Shown: piece after piece, positions 1 through 15,100 of the stretch | Layout of the letters: every line of letters starts with the position of its first letter | How positions within the stretch are numbered: position 1 is the stretch's first letter | DNA from: the human T2T-CHM13v2.0 reference genome, Homo sapiens | DNA: 64,000 nucleotides | Direction: 5' to 3' (one strand) | NCBI RefSeq assembly: GCF_009914755.1 | Contig: NC_060934.1 | The notes under the pieces: model-generated | Told to the model about the DNA's origin: nothing | Databases searched by the model: none | Seen by the model: only the letters and a program-made list of their open reading frames with translations | Made by a program: the position numbers and the translations under genes

Positions 1-2278
1 TGGAATGGAATGGAATGGAATGGAATCAACCCGTGTGGAATGGAATGGAATGGAATGGAATGCAATGGAATGGAGTGGAATGGAATGGAATGGAATGGAA
101 TCAACCCGAGTGGAATGGATTGGAATAGAGTGGAATGCAATGGAATGGAAACAAACAGTGGAATGGAATGGAATGGAATGCAATGGAATGTAATGGAGTG
201 GAAGGCATTAGAATCAACAGGAATGGAATGGAATGGAATAGAATGGGATAGAATCAACTCGAGTGGAAAGGAATGGAATGGAAAGGAAAGGAATGGAATG
301 CAATGGAATGCAATGGTATGTAATGGAGTCAACCCGAGTGGAATGGAATGGAATGGAATGGAATGGAATGAAAATGAATGGAATGCAATGCAATGGAATG
401 GAGTGGAATGGAATAAACACCAGTGGAAGGGAATGCAATGGAATGGAGTGGACTGGAATAAACACCAGTGGAATGGAATGGAATGGAATGGATTGGAATG
501 GACTAGAATGGAATGAAATCAACCCGATTAGAATGGAATAGAATGCAATGGAGTGGAATGGAATCAACTGGAAAGGAATGAATTGGAATGGAATGGAATG
601 GAATGGAATGGAATGGAATGCCATGGAATGGAGTGGAATGGAATAAACACCAGTGGAATGGAATGCAATGGAATGGAATGGAATGGAATGGAATGGAATG
701 GAATGGAATCAACCCGAGTGGAATGGATTGGAATAGAGTGGAATGGAATGGAATGGAAACAAACTGAGTTGAATGGAATGGAATGGAAGGCAATGGAATG
801 TAATGGAGTGGAAGGCATTAGAATCAACGGGAATGGAATGGAATGGAATGGAATGGAATGGAATGGAATGGAAGAGAATGGAATGGAATGGAATCAATCC
901 GAGTGGAATGGAATGGATAGGAATGGAATGGAATCAACCCGAGTGCAATGGAATGGAATGGAATGGAAAGGAATGGAGTGGAATGGATTGGGAGAAACAC
1001 GAGTGGAATGGAATGGAATAGAATGGAATGGAATCAACTCGAGTGGAAAGGAATGGAATGGAAAGGAATGGAATGCCATGGAATACAGAGGTATGGAATG
1101 GAGTCAAACAGAGTGGAATGGAATGCAATTGAATGGAATGCAATGGAATGGAATGGAATGCAATGAAATGCAATGGAATGGAATGGAATGCAATGGAATG
1201 GAGTGGAATGGAATAAACACCAGTGGAATGGAATGGAATGGAATGGAATGGAATGGAAAGGACAGGAATGGAAAGGAAAGGAATGGAATGGAATGGAATG
1301 GAATGGAATGGAATGGACAGGAATGGAATGGAATGGAATGGAATGGAATGGAATAGAGTGCAATGAAATAAACCCGATTGGAATGGAATGGAATGGAATG
1401 GAATGGAATGGAATGGAGCTAACACGAGGAGAATGCAATGGAATGGAATGGAGTGGAATGGAATAGAATGAAATCAACCCGAATGGAATGGATTGGAATA
1501 GAGTAGAATTGAGTGGAACGTCATGGAATGCAATGAAATCAACTACAATGGAATGGAATGGAATGGAATGGAATGGACAGCAATGGAATGGAATGGAATG
1601 GAATGCAATAGAGAATAAAGGACTAGAATGGAATGAAATGGAATGAAATTAACCCGATTGGAATGTAATGGAATTCAATGGAATGGAATGGAATCAAATG
1701 GAAAGGAATCAAATGGAACGGAATAGAATGGAATAGAATGGCATGGAATGGAACGGAATGGAATGGAATAGAATGGAATGGAATCAACTCGAGTGGAAAG
1801 GAATGGAAGGGAAAGGAATGGAATGGAAGGGAAAGGAATTGAATGCAATGGAATGCAACTGTATGGAATGGAGTCAACGCGAGTGGAATGGAATGGAATG
1901 GAATGGAATGGAATGCAATGGAATGGAGTGGAATGGAATAAAAACCAGTGGAATGGAATGCAATGGAATGGAGTGGAATGGAATGCAATGGAATGGAATG
2001 GAATGGAATGGAATGGAATGGAATGGAATGAAATAATCCCGATTGGAATGGAGTGGAAACCAATGGAATGGAATGGAAGCAAGTGGAAAGGAATGAAATG
2101 GAATGGAATGGAATGGAATGGAATGGAATGGAATCAACCCGAGTGGAATGCAATGGAATGGAAAGGAATGGAATGGAATCAACCCGAGTGGAATGGAATG
2201 GAATGGAGTGGAATGGAATGGAATGGCATGGAATGAAAAGGAATCAACTAGAATGGAATGGAATGGAATGGAATGGAA

Positions 2279-2368
2279 TAAACAAGAGTGAAGTGTAATG
2301 GAATGGAATGGAATGGAATGGAATAAACAAGAGTGAAGTGTAATGGAATGGAATGGAATGGAATGGAA
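2279..2368 (+). repeat. 45-bp tandem duplication
   Basis: TAAACAAGAGTGAAGTGTAATGG at 2279 and 2324. Confidence 0.88.
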
Positions 2369-3600
2369 TGGAATAGAATGGAATGGAATCAACTTGAGTG
2401 GAAAGAAATGGAATGGAAAGGAATGGAACGTAAAGGAAACGAATGGAATGCAATGGAATGCAAAAGTATGGAATGGAGGAAACCCGAGTGGAATGGAATC
2501 GAATGGAATCGAATGAAATGGAATGTAATCGAATGGAATGGAATGAAATGGAGTGGAATGGAATGGAATGGAATGGAATGGAATGAAATGGAGTGGAATG
2601 TAATGAAATGGAATGGAGTGGAATGGTATAAACACCAGTGGAATGGAATGGAATGGAATGGATTGGAATGGAATGGAATAGACAGGAATGGAATGGAATG
2701 GAATGGAATGGAATGGAATGGAATGGAATGGAATGGAATGCAATGGACTAGAATGGAATGGAATGGAATGAAATCAACCTGATTGGAATGGAATGGAATG
2801 CAATGGAATGGAATGGAATGGAATCAACTTGAAAGGAATGAAATGAAATGGAATGGAATGGAATGGAATGGAATGGAAAGGAATGGAATGGAATGGAAAC
2901 AACCCGAGTGGAAAGCAATGGAATGGAATGGAATGGAATGGAACGGAATCAACCAGAGTGGAATGGAATGGAATGGAATGGAATGGCATGGAATGGAATT
3001 CAAAGTAATGGAAACAAACCGAGTGCAATGTAATGGAATGGAAAGGTCTGGAATGTAATGGAATGGATTGGAATCAACACGATTCCAATGCAACGGAATG
3101 GAATGGAATAGAATGCAATGGAATGGAATGGAATGGAAAAAACTGGAATGGAATGGAATAGAATGCAATGGAATGGAATGGAATGGAAACAACTGGAATG
3201 GAATGAAATGGAATGGAATGGAATGGAAAGGAATCAACCCGAGTGGAATGGAATGGAATGGAATGGAATGTTATGGAATGGAATAGAATGGAATGGAATC
3301 AACCCGAGTTGAAAGGAATGGAATGGAAGGGAATGGAATGGAAAGGAAAGGAATGGAATGCAATGGAATGCAATGGTATGGAACTTAGTCATCCCGAGTG
3401 GAATGGAATGGAATGCAATGGAATGAAATGGAATTGAATGGAATGCAATGGAGTGGAGTGGAATGGAATAAACACCAGTGGAATGGAATGGAATGGAATG
3501 GAATGTATAGGGATGGAAAGGAATGGAATGGAATGGAGTGCAATGAAATAAACCCAATTGGAGTGGAATGGAATGGAATGGAATGGAATGGAATGGAATG

Positions 3601-6600
3601 GAGCTAACCCGAGTAGAATGCAATGCAATGGAATGGAATGGAATGGAATGGAATGGAATGAAATCAACCCAAATGGAATGGAATGGAATAGAGTGGAATT
3701 GAGTGGAACGGCATGGAATGCAATGAAATAAACTGGAATGGAATGGAATGGAATGGAATGGAATGGACAGCAAAGGAATGGATTGGAATGGAATGCAATG
3801 GAGAATAATGGACTAGAATGGAATGGAATGGAATGAAATCAACCCGAGTGGAATGTAATGGAATGCAATGGAATGGAATGGAATCAACTGGTAAGGAATC
3901 AAATGGAACGGAACGGAATGGAATGGAATGGAATGGAATGGAATCAACCCGAGTGGAATGCAATAGAATTTAAATGGAATGGAATGGATTGGAATGGAAT
4001 CAACCCGAGTGGAATGGATTGGAATGGAGTGGAATGGAATGGAACGGCATGGAATGCAATGGAATCAACTAGAATGGAATGGAATGGAATGGATTGGAAT
4101 GGAATCGAACGGAATCAACCTGAGTGGAATGGAATGGAATAGAATGAATGGAATGGAAAGGAATGGAAACTAATGGAATGGAATGGAAAGGAAACAACCC
4201 GAGTGGAATGGAATGCAGTGGAATGGAATGGAATGGAATGGAATTCGATGTAATGGAAACAAACCGAGTGGAATGGAATGGAATGGAAAGGACTGGAATG
4301 TAATGGAATGGATTGGAATCAACCCGATTCCAATGCAACGGAAAGGAATGTAATGGAATAGACAGGAAATTAATGGAATGGAATGGAATGGAATGGAATA
4401 GAATGGAGTGGACTACTATGGAATGGAATGGAATGAAATCAACCCGATTGGAATGGAATGGAATGCAATGTAATGGAATGGAATCAACTGAAAGGAAAGA
4501 AATGGAATGGAATGGAATGGAATGGAATGGAATGGAATCAACCGAGTGGAATGCAATGGAATGGAATGGAATGGAATGAAATCATCCCGAGTGGAATGGA
4601 TAGGAATAGAGTAGAACAGAATGGAACGGCATGGAATGGAACGGCATGGATTGCAATGGAATCAACTAGAATGGAATGGAATGGAATGGAATGGAATGGA
4701 ATGGAATGGAGTGGAATGGTCTAGAATGGATTGGAATGGAATGAAATCAACCCGATTGGAATGGAATGGAATGCAATGGAATAGAATGGAATGATCTGGA
4801 AAGGAATAAAATGGAACGGAATGGAATGGAATAGAATGGCATGCAATGGAATGGAATGGAAAGGAATAGAATGGAATGGAATCAACTCGACTGGAAAGGA
4901 ATGGAAGGGAAAGGAATGGAATGGAAAGGAAAGGAATGGAATGCAATGGAATGCAATGGTATGGAATGGAGTCAACCCGAGTGGAATGGAATGGAATGGA
5001 ATGGAATGAAATGGAAAGGAATGGAATGAAATGGAATGGAGAGGAATGGAATAAACACGAGTGGAATGGAATGCAATGGAATGGAGTGGAATGGAATGGA
5101 ATGGAATGGAATGAAATGGAATGGAATGGACAGGAATGGAATGGAATGGAATGAAATCATCCCGATTGGAATGGAGAGGAATGCAATGGAATGGAGTGGA
5201 ATCAAGTGGAAAGGAATGAAATGGAATGGAATGGAATGGAATGGAATGAACCTGAGTGGAATGCAATGGAATGGAAAGGAATGGAATGGAATCAACCCTA
5301 GTGGAATGGATTGGAATGGAGTGGAATGGAATGGAACGTCATGGAATGCAAAAAAATCGACTAGAATGGAATGGAATGGAATGGAATGGAATAAACAAGA
5401 GTGAAATGGAATGGAATGGAATGGAATGGAATGGAATCAACTTGAGTGGAAAGAAATGGAATGGAAAGGAAAGGAATGGAAAGGAAACGAATGGAATGCA
5501 ATGGAATGCAATGGTATGGAATGGAGGAAACCTGAGTGGAATGGAATCGAATGGAATGGAATGAAGTGGAATGGAATGGAATGGAATGGAATGGAATGGA
5601 ATGGAATGGAATGAAATGGAATGGAATGGAATGGAATGAAATGGAGTGGAATGTAATGAAATGGAATGGAGTGGAATGGTATAAACACCAGTGGAATGGA
5701 ATGGAATGGAATGGAATGGAATGGAATGGACTAGAATGAAATGGAATGGAATGGAATGGAATGGAATGGAATGGAATGGACTAGAATGGAATGGAATGGA
5801 ATGGAATCAACCCGAGTGGAAAGGAATGGAATGGAAAAGAAAGGAATGGAAAGGAAAGGAATGGAATGCAATGGAATGCAATGGTATGGAATGGAGTCAT
5901 CCCGAGTGGAATGGAATGGAATGCAATGGAATGAAATGGAATGGATAGGGATGGAATGGAATGGAATGGAATGGAGTGTAATGAAATAAACCCGATTGGA
6001 ATGGAATGGAATGGAATGGAATGGAATGGAATGGAATGGAAAGGAATGGAGCTAACCCGAGTAGAGTGCAATGCAATGGAATGGAATGGAATGGAATGGA
6101 GTGAAATGAACCCGAATGGAATGGATTGGAATAGAGGGGAATTGAGTGGAACGGCATGGAATGCAATGAAATCAACCACAATGGAATGGAATGGAATGGA
6201 ATGGACAGGAATGGAATGGAATGGAATGGAATGCAATGGAGAATAATGGACTAGAATGGAATGGATTGGAATGAAATCAACCCGATTGGAATGTAATGGA
6301 ATGCAAAGGAATGGAATGGAATCAACTGGAAAGGAATCAAATGGAACGGAATGGAATGGAATGGAATGGAATCAACCCGAGTGGAATGCAATGGAATTTA
6401 AATGGAATGGAATGGAATGGAATGGAATGGAATGGAATCAACCCGAGTGGAATGGATTGGAATGGAGTGGAATGGAATGGAACGGCATGGAATGCAATGG
6501 AATCAACAAGAATGGAATGGAATGGAATGCATTGGAATGGAATCGAACGGAATCAACCTGAGTGGAATGGAATGGAATGGAATAAATGGAATGGAATGGA

Positions 6601-9600
6601 ATGGAAACTAATGGAATGGAATGGAAAGGAAACAACTCGAGTGGAATGGAATGCAATGGAATGGAATGGAATGGAATGGAATGAAATGTAATGGAAACAA
6701 ACCGAGTGGAATGTAATGGAATGGAAAGGACTGGAATGTAATGGAATGGATTGGAATCAACCCGATTCCAATGCAACGGAATGGAATGTAATGGAATAAA
6801 CAGGAAATTAATGGAATGGAATGGAATGGAATGGAATGGAATGGAATGGAATAGAATGAAATCAACCCTATTGGAATAGAATGGAATGCAATGAAATGGA
6901 ATGGAATCAACTGGAAAGGAATGAAATGAATGGAATGGATTGGAATGGAATGGAATGGAATGGAATGGGAAGTTATGGAATGGAATCAACCCGAGTAGAA
7001 TGCAATGGAATGGAACGGAATGGAATGGAATGGAATGCAATGGAATGGAATGGAATGGAATTGAATGAAATGGAATGGAATGGAATGGAATGGAATGAAA
7101 TGGAATGGAATGGATTGAAATGGAATGGAGTGGAATGGTATAAACACCAGTTGAATGGAATGGAACGGAATGGATTGGAATGGAATGGAATGGACAGGAA
7201 CGGAATGAAATTGAATGGAATGGCATGGAATGGAATGGAATGGAATGAAATCAACACGAGTTGAATGGAATGGAATGGAATGTCATGGAATGGAATTCAA
7301 TGTAATGGAAACAAACCGAGTGGAATGTAAAGGAATGGAAAGGTCTGGAATGTAATGGAATGGATTGGAATCAACACGATTTAAATGCAACGGAACGGAA
7401 TGGAATGGATTGGAATGCAAGGGAATGGAATGCAATGGAAAGGAATGGAATGAACTGGAATGGAATGGAATGGAATGGAATTTAATGGAATGGAATGGAA
7501 TGCAATCAAAGCGAGTGGAGTCGAATGGAATTGAAAGAAAATGAATAGAATGGAATGGAATGGAATGGAATGGAATGCAATGGAATGCAATGGAATGGAA
7601 TAGAATGAACCCGAGTGGAATGGAATGGAATGGAAAGGCACGGAATGGAATGGAATGGAATGCAATGGAATCAACCTCAGTGGAATGGAGTGGAATGGAA
7701 ACCACCCGAGTGGAATTGAATGGAGTGGAATGCAATGGAATGGAATGGAGTGGAAGGCATTAGAATCAACTTCAATGGAATGGAATGGAATGGAATGGAA
7801 TGGAATGGAATGGAATGGAATGGAATGGAATCAACACCAGTGGAATTGAATGCATTACAATGGAATGGAAAGGAATCAATCCGTGTGGAATGGTATGGAA
7901 TGGAATGGAATATAATGGAATGGAATGGAATCAATCCGCTTGGAATGGAATGGAATGGAATGGAACGGAATGGAATGGAATGAAATCAACCCGCATGGAA
8001 CGGAAGGGAATGGAGTCGAAAGGAATCGAAAGGAATGTAATGTAAAGGAATCAACCCGAATGGACAGGAATGGAATGGAATGGAATCGAATGGAATGAAA
8101 TGGAATGGAATGGAATGGAATGGAATGGAGCTAACCCGAGTAGAATGCAATGCAATGGAATGGAATGGAATGGAATGGAATGGAATGGAATGAAATCAAC
8201 CCAAATGGAATGGAATGGAATAGAGTGGAATTGAGTGGAACGGCATGGAATGCAATGAAATAAACTGGAATGGAATGGAATGGAATGGAATGGAATGGAA
8301 TGGACAGGAAAGGAATGGATTGGAATGGAATGCAATGGAGAATAATGGACTAGAATGGAATGGAATGGAATGAAATCAACCCGAGTGGAATGTAATGGAA
8401 TGCAATGGAATGGAATGGAATCAACTGGTAAGGAATCAAATGGAACGGAACGGAATGGAATGGAATGGAATGGAATGGAATGGAATCAACCCGAGTGGAA
8501 TGCAATGGAATTTAAATGGAATGGAATGGATTGGAATGGAATCAACCCGAGTGGAATGGATTGGAATGGAGTGGAATGGAATGGAACGGCATGGAATGCA
8601 ATGGAATCAACTAGAATGGAATGGAATGGAATGGATTGGAATGGAATCGAACGGAATCAACCTGAGTGGAATGGAATGGAATAGAATGAATGGAATGGAA
8701 AGGAATGGAAACTAATGGAATGGAATGGAAAGGAAACAACCCGAGTGGAATGGAATGCAGTGGAATGGAATGGAATGGAATGGAATTCGATGTAATGGAA
8801 ACAAACCGAGTGGAATGGAATGGAATGGAAAGGACTGGAATTTAATGGAATGGATTGGAATCAACCCGATTCCAATGCAACGGAAAGGAATGTAATGGAA
8901 TAGACAGGAAATTAACGGAATGGAATGGAATGGAATGGAATAGAATGGAGTGGACTACTATGGAATGGAATGGAATGAAATCAACCCGATTGGAATGGAA
9001 TGGAATGCAATGTAATGGAATGGAATCAACTGAAAGGAAAGAAATGGAATGGAATGGAATGGAATGGAATGGAATGGAATCAACCGAGTGGAATGCAATG
9101 GAATGGAATGGAATGGAATGGAATGAAATCATCCCGAGTGGAATGGATAGGAATAGAGTAGAACAGAATGGAACGGCATGGAATGGAACGGCATGGATTG
9201 CAATGGAATCAACTAGAATGGAATGGAATGGAATGGAATGGAATGGAATGGAATGGAATGGAGTGGAATGGTCTAGAATGGATTGGAATGGAATGAAATC
9301 AACCCGATTGGATTGGAATGGAATGCAATGGAATAGAATGGAATGATCTGGAAAGGAATCAAATGGAACGGAATGGAATGGAATGGAATAGAATGGCATG
9401 CAATGGAATGGAATGGAAAGGAATAGAATGGAATGGAATCAACTCGACTGGAAAGGAATGGAAGGGAAAGGAATGGAATGTAAAGGAAAAGAATTGAATG
9501 CAATGGAATGCAATGGTATGGAATGGAGTCAACCCGAGTGGAATGGAATGGAATGGAATGGAATGAAATGGAAAGGAATGGAATGAAATGGAATGGAGAG

Positions 9601-12600
9601 GAATGGAATAAACACGAGTGGAATGGAATGCAATGGAATGGAGTGGAATGGAATGGAATGGAATGGAATGAAATGGAATGGAATGGAATGGACAGGAATG
9701 GAATGGAATGGAATGAAATAATCCCGATTGGAATGGAGAGGAATGCAATGGAATGGAGTGGAATCAAGTGGAAAGGAATGAAATGGAATGGAATGGAATG
9801 GAATGGAATCAACCTGAGTTGAATGCAATGGAATGGAAAGGAATGGAATGGAATCAACCCTAGTGGAATGGATTGGAATGGAGTGGAATGGAATGGAACG
9901 TCATGGAATGCAAAAAAATCAACTAGAATGGAATGGAATGGAATGGAATGGAATAAACAAGAGTGAAATGGAATGGAATGGAATGGAATGGAATGGAATG
10001 GAATAGAATGGAATGGAATCAACTTGAGTGGAAAGAAATGGAATGGAAAGGAAAGGAATGGAAAGGAAACGAATGGAATGCAATGGAATGCAATGGTATG
10101 GAATGGAGGAAACCTGAGTGGAATGGAATCGAATGGAATGGAATGAAATGGAATGGAATGGAATGGAATGGAATGGAATGGAATGGAATGAAATGGAATG
10201 GAATGGAATGGAATGGAATGAAATGGAATGGAATGGAATGGAATGGAATGGAATGGAATGGAATGGAATGAAATGGAATGGAATGGAATGGAATGAAATG
10301 GAGTGGAATGTAATGAAATGGAATGGAGTGGAATGGTATAAACACCAGTGGAATGGAATGGAATGGAATGGAATGGAATGGACTAGAATGGAATGGAATG
10401 GAATGGAATGGAATGGAATGGAATGGACTAGAATGGAATGGAATGGAATGGAATCAACCCGAGTGGAAAGGAATGGAATGGAAAAGAAAGGAATGGAAAG
10501 GAAAGGAATGGAATGCAATGGAATGCAATGGTATGGAATGGAGTCATCCCGAGTGGAATGGAATGGAATGCAATGGAATGAAATGGAATGGAATGGAATG
10601 CAATGGAATGGAGTGGAATGGAATAAACACCAGTGGAATGGAATGGAATGGAGTGGAATGGAATGGAATGGAATGGAATGGAATGGAATGGAATGGATAG
10701 GGATGGAATGGAATGGAATGGAATGGAGTGGAATGAAATAAACCCGATTGGAATGGAATGGAATGGAATGGAATGGAATGGAATGGAAAGGAATGGAGCT
10801 AACCCGAGTAGAGTGCAATGCAATGGAATGGAATGGAATGGAATGGAGTGAAATGAACCCGAATGGAATGGATTGGAATAGAGGGGAATTGAGTGGAACG
10901 GCATGGAATGCAATGAAATCAACCACAATGGAATGGAATGGAATGGAATGGACAGGAATGGAATGGAATGGAATGGAATGCAATGGAGAATAATGGACTA
11001 GAATGGAATGGATTGGAATGAAATCAACCCGATTGGAATGTAATGGAATGCAATGGAATGGAATGGAATCAACTGGAAAGGAATCAAATGGAACGGAATG
11101 GAATGGAATGGAATGGAATCAACCCGAGTGGAATGCAATGGAATTTAAATGGAATGGAATGGAATGGAATGGAATCAACCCGAGTGGAATGGATTGGAAT
11201 GGAGTGGAATGGAATGGAACGGCATGGAATGCAATGGAATCAACAAGAATGGAATGGAATGGAATGCATTGGAATGGAATCGAACGAAATCAACCTGAGT
11301 GGAATGGAATGGAATGGAATAAATGGAATGGAATGGAATGGAAACTAATGGAATGGAATGGAAAGGAAACAACTCGAGTGGAATGGAATGCAATGGAATG
11401 GAATGGAATGGAATGGAATGAAATGTAATGGAAACAAACCGAGTGGAATGTAATGGAATGGAAAGGACTGGAATGTAATGGAATGGATTGGAATCAACCC
11501 GATTCCAATGCAACGGAATGGAATGTAATGGAATAAACAGGAAATTAATGGAATGGAATGGAATGGAATGGAATGGAATGGAATAGAATGGAATAGAATG
11601 AAATCAACCCTATTGGAATAGAATGGAATGCAATGAAATGGAATGGAATCAACTGGAAAGGAATGAAATGAATGGAATGGATTGGAATGGAATGGAATGG
11701 AATGGGAAGTTATGGAATGGAATCAACCCGAGTAGAATGCAATGGAATGGAACGGAATGGAATGGAATGGAATGCAATGGAATGGAATGGAATGGAATTG
11801 AATGAAATGGAATGGAATGGAATGGAATGGAATGGAATGGAATGGAATGGAATGCAATGGAATGGAATGGAATGGAATTGAATGAAATGGAATGGAATGG
11901 AATGGAATGGAATGAAATGGAATGGAATGGATTGAAATGGAATGGAGTGGAATGGTATAAACACCAGTTGAATGGAATGGAACGGAATGGATTGGAATGG
12001 AATGGAATGGACAGGAACGGAATGAAATTGAATGGAATGGCATGGAATGGAATGGAATGGAATGGAATGGAATGGAATGAAATCAACACGAGTTGAATGG
12101 AATGGAATGGAATGTCATGGAATGGAATTCAATGTAATGGAAACAAACCGAGTGGAATGTAATGGAATGGAAAGGTCTGGAATGTAATGGAATGGATTGG
12201 AATCAACACGATTTAAATGCAACGGAACGGAATGGAATGGATTGGAATGCAAGGGAATGGAATGCAATGGAAAGGAATGGAATGAACTGGAATGGAATGG
12301 AATGGAATGGAATTTAATGGAATGGAATGGAATGCAATCAAAGCGAGTGGAGTCGAATGGAATTGAAAGAAAATGAATAGAATGGAATGGAATGGAATGG
12401 AATGGAATGCAATGGAATGCAATGGAATGGAATAGAATGAACCCGAGTGGAATGGAATGGAATGGAAAGGCACGGAATGGAATGGAATGGAATGCAATGG
12501 AATCAACCTCAGTGGAATGGAGTGGAATGGAAACCACCCGAGTGGAATTGAATGGAGTGGAATGCAATGGAATGGAATGGAGTGGAAGGCATTAGAATCA

Positions 12601-12970
12601 ACTTCAATGGAATGGAATGGAATGGAATGGAATGGAATGGAATGGAATGGAATGGAATCAACACCAGTGGAATTGAATGCATTACAATGGAATGGAAAGG
12701 AATCAATCCGTGTGGAATGGTATGGAATGGAATGGAATATAATGGAATGGAATGGAATCAATCCGCTTGGAATGGAATGGAATGGAATGGAACGGAATGG
12801 AATGGAATGAAATCAACCCGCATGGAACGGAAGGGAATGGAGTCGAAAGGAATCGAAAGGAATGTAATGTAAAGGAATCAACCCGAATGGACAGGAATGG
12901 AATGGAATGGAATCGAATGGAATGAAATGGAATGGAATGGAATGGAATGGAATGGAATGGAATGGAATGG
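3601..12970 (+). repeat. Tandem duplication, 2 copies (~3601-8127 and ~8128-12970; ~4.5 and ~4.8 kb)
   Basis: Rare markers are shared in order: GAGCTAACCCGAGTAGAATGCAATGC 3601/8128, CAACCCAAATGG 3665/8197, GTAGAACAGA 4611/9158, ATGATCTGG 4791/9342, CAACTCGACTGG 4883/9440, GCAAAAAAATC 5348/9910. Identical ORF translations occur at 7283/12115 and 7560/12392. Confidence 0.92.
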
Positions 12971-14730
12971 AATGCTACGGAATCAACCTGAGTGGAATGG
13001 AAATAAATGGACTGGAACGGTATGGAATGGAATGGAATAGAATGGAATCAACCACAGTGGAATGGAATGGAATGGAATGGAATCAACCAAAGTGGAATGG
13101 AATTGAATGGAATGCAAAGGAATCCAACCGAGTGGAATGGAATGGAATCAACCAAAGTGGAATGGAATGGAATGGATGCAACGGAATCAAACCATTAGAA
13201 TGGAATGGAAAGGAATGGAATGGAATGGCATGGAATGGAAAGGAATGGAATGGAATCAACCTGACTGGCATGGAAAGGAATGGAAAGGAATGGAATGGAA
13301 TGGAATGGTATGGAATAGAATGGAATGGAACGAAATGGAATGGAATGGAATGGAATCAACCCGAGTGGAATGCAATGGAATTAAAATGGAATGGAATGGA
13401 ATGGAATGGAATCAACCCGAGTGGAATGGATTGGAATGGAGTGGAATGGAATGGAACGGCATGGAATGCAATGGAATCAACAAAAATGGAATGGAATGGA
13501 ATGGATTGGAATGGAATCGAACGGAATCAACCTGAGTGGAATGGAATGGAATGGAATGAATGGAATGGAAGGGAATGGAAACGAATGGAATGGAAAGGAA
13601 AGGAAACAACTCGAGTGGAATGGAATGCAATGGAATGGAATAGAATGGAATGGAACTCAATGCAATGGAAACAAACCGAGTGGAATGTAATGGAATGGAA
13701 AGGACTGGAATGTAATGGAATGGATTAGAATCAATGCGATTCCAATGCAACGGAATGGAATGTAATGGAATAGACAGGAAATTAATGGAATGGAATGGAA
13801 TGGAATGGAATGGAATAGAATGGAGTGGAATACAATGGAATGGAATGGAATGGAATGAAATCAACCCGATTGGAATGGAATGGAATGCAATGAAATGGAA
13901 TGGAATCAACTGCAAAGGAATGAAATGAATGGAATGGATAGGAATGGAATGGAATGGAATTGAATGGGAAGTTATGGAATGGAATCAACCCGAGAAGAAT
14001 GCAATGGAATGGAATGGAATGGAATGGTATGGAATGGAATGGAATAGAATCAACCCGAGTGGAATGGAATGGCATGGAATGGAATGGAATGGAATTGAAT
14101 GGAATGGAATGGAATCAACACGAGGGCAATGGAATGGAATGGAATGGAATGGAATGGACAGGAATGGAATGGAATGGAATGAAATCATCCCGATTGGAAT
14201 GGAGTGGAATGCAATGGAATGGAATGGAATCAACTGGAAAGGAATGGAATGGAATGGAATGGAATGGAATGGAATGGAATGGAATCAACCCGAGTGGAAT
14301 GCAATGGAATGGAAAGGAATGGAATAGAATCAACCCGAGTGGAATGGATTGGAATGGAGTGGAATGGAATGGAATGGCATGGAATGCAATGGAATCAACT
14401 AGAACGGAATGCAATGGAATGGAATGGAATAAACAAGAGTGAAATGGAATGGAATGGAATGGAATGATATGGAATGGAATAGAATGGAATGGAATCAACT
14501 CGAGTGGAAAGGAATGGAATGGAAAGGAATGGAATGGAATGGAATGAAATGGAATGGAATGGAATGGAATGGAATGAAATGGAATGGAATGGAATGGAAT
14601 GGAATGGAATGAAATGGAATGGAGTGGAATGGTGTAAACACCAGTGGAATGGAATGGAATGGAATGGATTGGAATGGAATGGAATGGACAGGAATGGAAT
14701 GGAATGGAATGGAATGGAATGGAATGGAAT

Positions 14731-14737
14731 TGACTCA
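14731..14737 (+). promoter_or_regulatory. Perfect AP-1 (TRE) consensus TGACTCA, copy A (motif match only)
   Basis: GGAAT-TGACTCA-AATGG read directly; function untested. Confidence 0.35.
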
Positions 14738-15085
14738 AATGGAATGGAATGGAATGAAATCAACCCGATTGGAATGGAATGGAATGCAATGGAATGGAAT
14801 GGAATCAACTGGAAAGGAATGAAATGAAATGGAATGGAATGGAATGGAATGGAAAGGAATGGAATGGAATGGAATGGAAACAACCCGAGTGGAATGCAAT
14901 GGGATGGAATGGAATGGAATGGAACGGAATCAACCTGAGTGGAATGGAATGGAATGGAATGGAATGAAATCAACTGGAGTTGAATGGAATGGAATGGAAT
15001 GGAATGGAATGGAATGGAATGGAATGGAATGGCATGGAATGGAATACAAAGTAATGGAAACAAACCGAGTGGAATGTAATGGAAT

Positions 15086-15100
15086 GGAAAGTTCTGGAAT
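15086..15100 (+). promoter_or_regulatory. Perfect 3-unit heat shock element nGAAnnTTCnnGAAn, copy A (motif match only)
   Basis: G-GAA-AG-TTC-TG-GAA-T read directly. HSF1 is known to bind and induce Sat III, but binding at this site is untested. Confidence 0.45.

Noticed and set aside
280-293. GGAAAGGAAAGGAA tracts as EWS-FLI1-type GGAA microsatellites
   Set aside because: The period is 5 bp (GGAAA) with only 2-3 units, not consecutive 4-bp GGAA repeats.
3385-3391. TTAGTCA, an AP-1-like variant
   Set aside because: It is a single non-consensus occurrence derived from the common GGAGTCA and is not amplified; it is compatible with chance.
5348-5358. Short A-runs (GCAAAAAAATC at 5348/9910; similar near 52855, 54247, 54395, 62841) as retrotransposon tails
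   Set aside because: They are only 7-8 A long, lie within decayed pentamers, and have no adjacent Alu/L1 body or target-site duplication.
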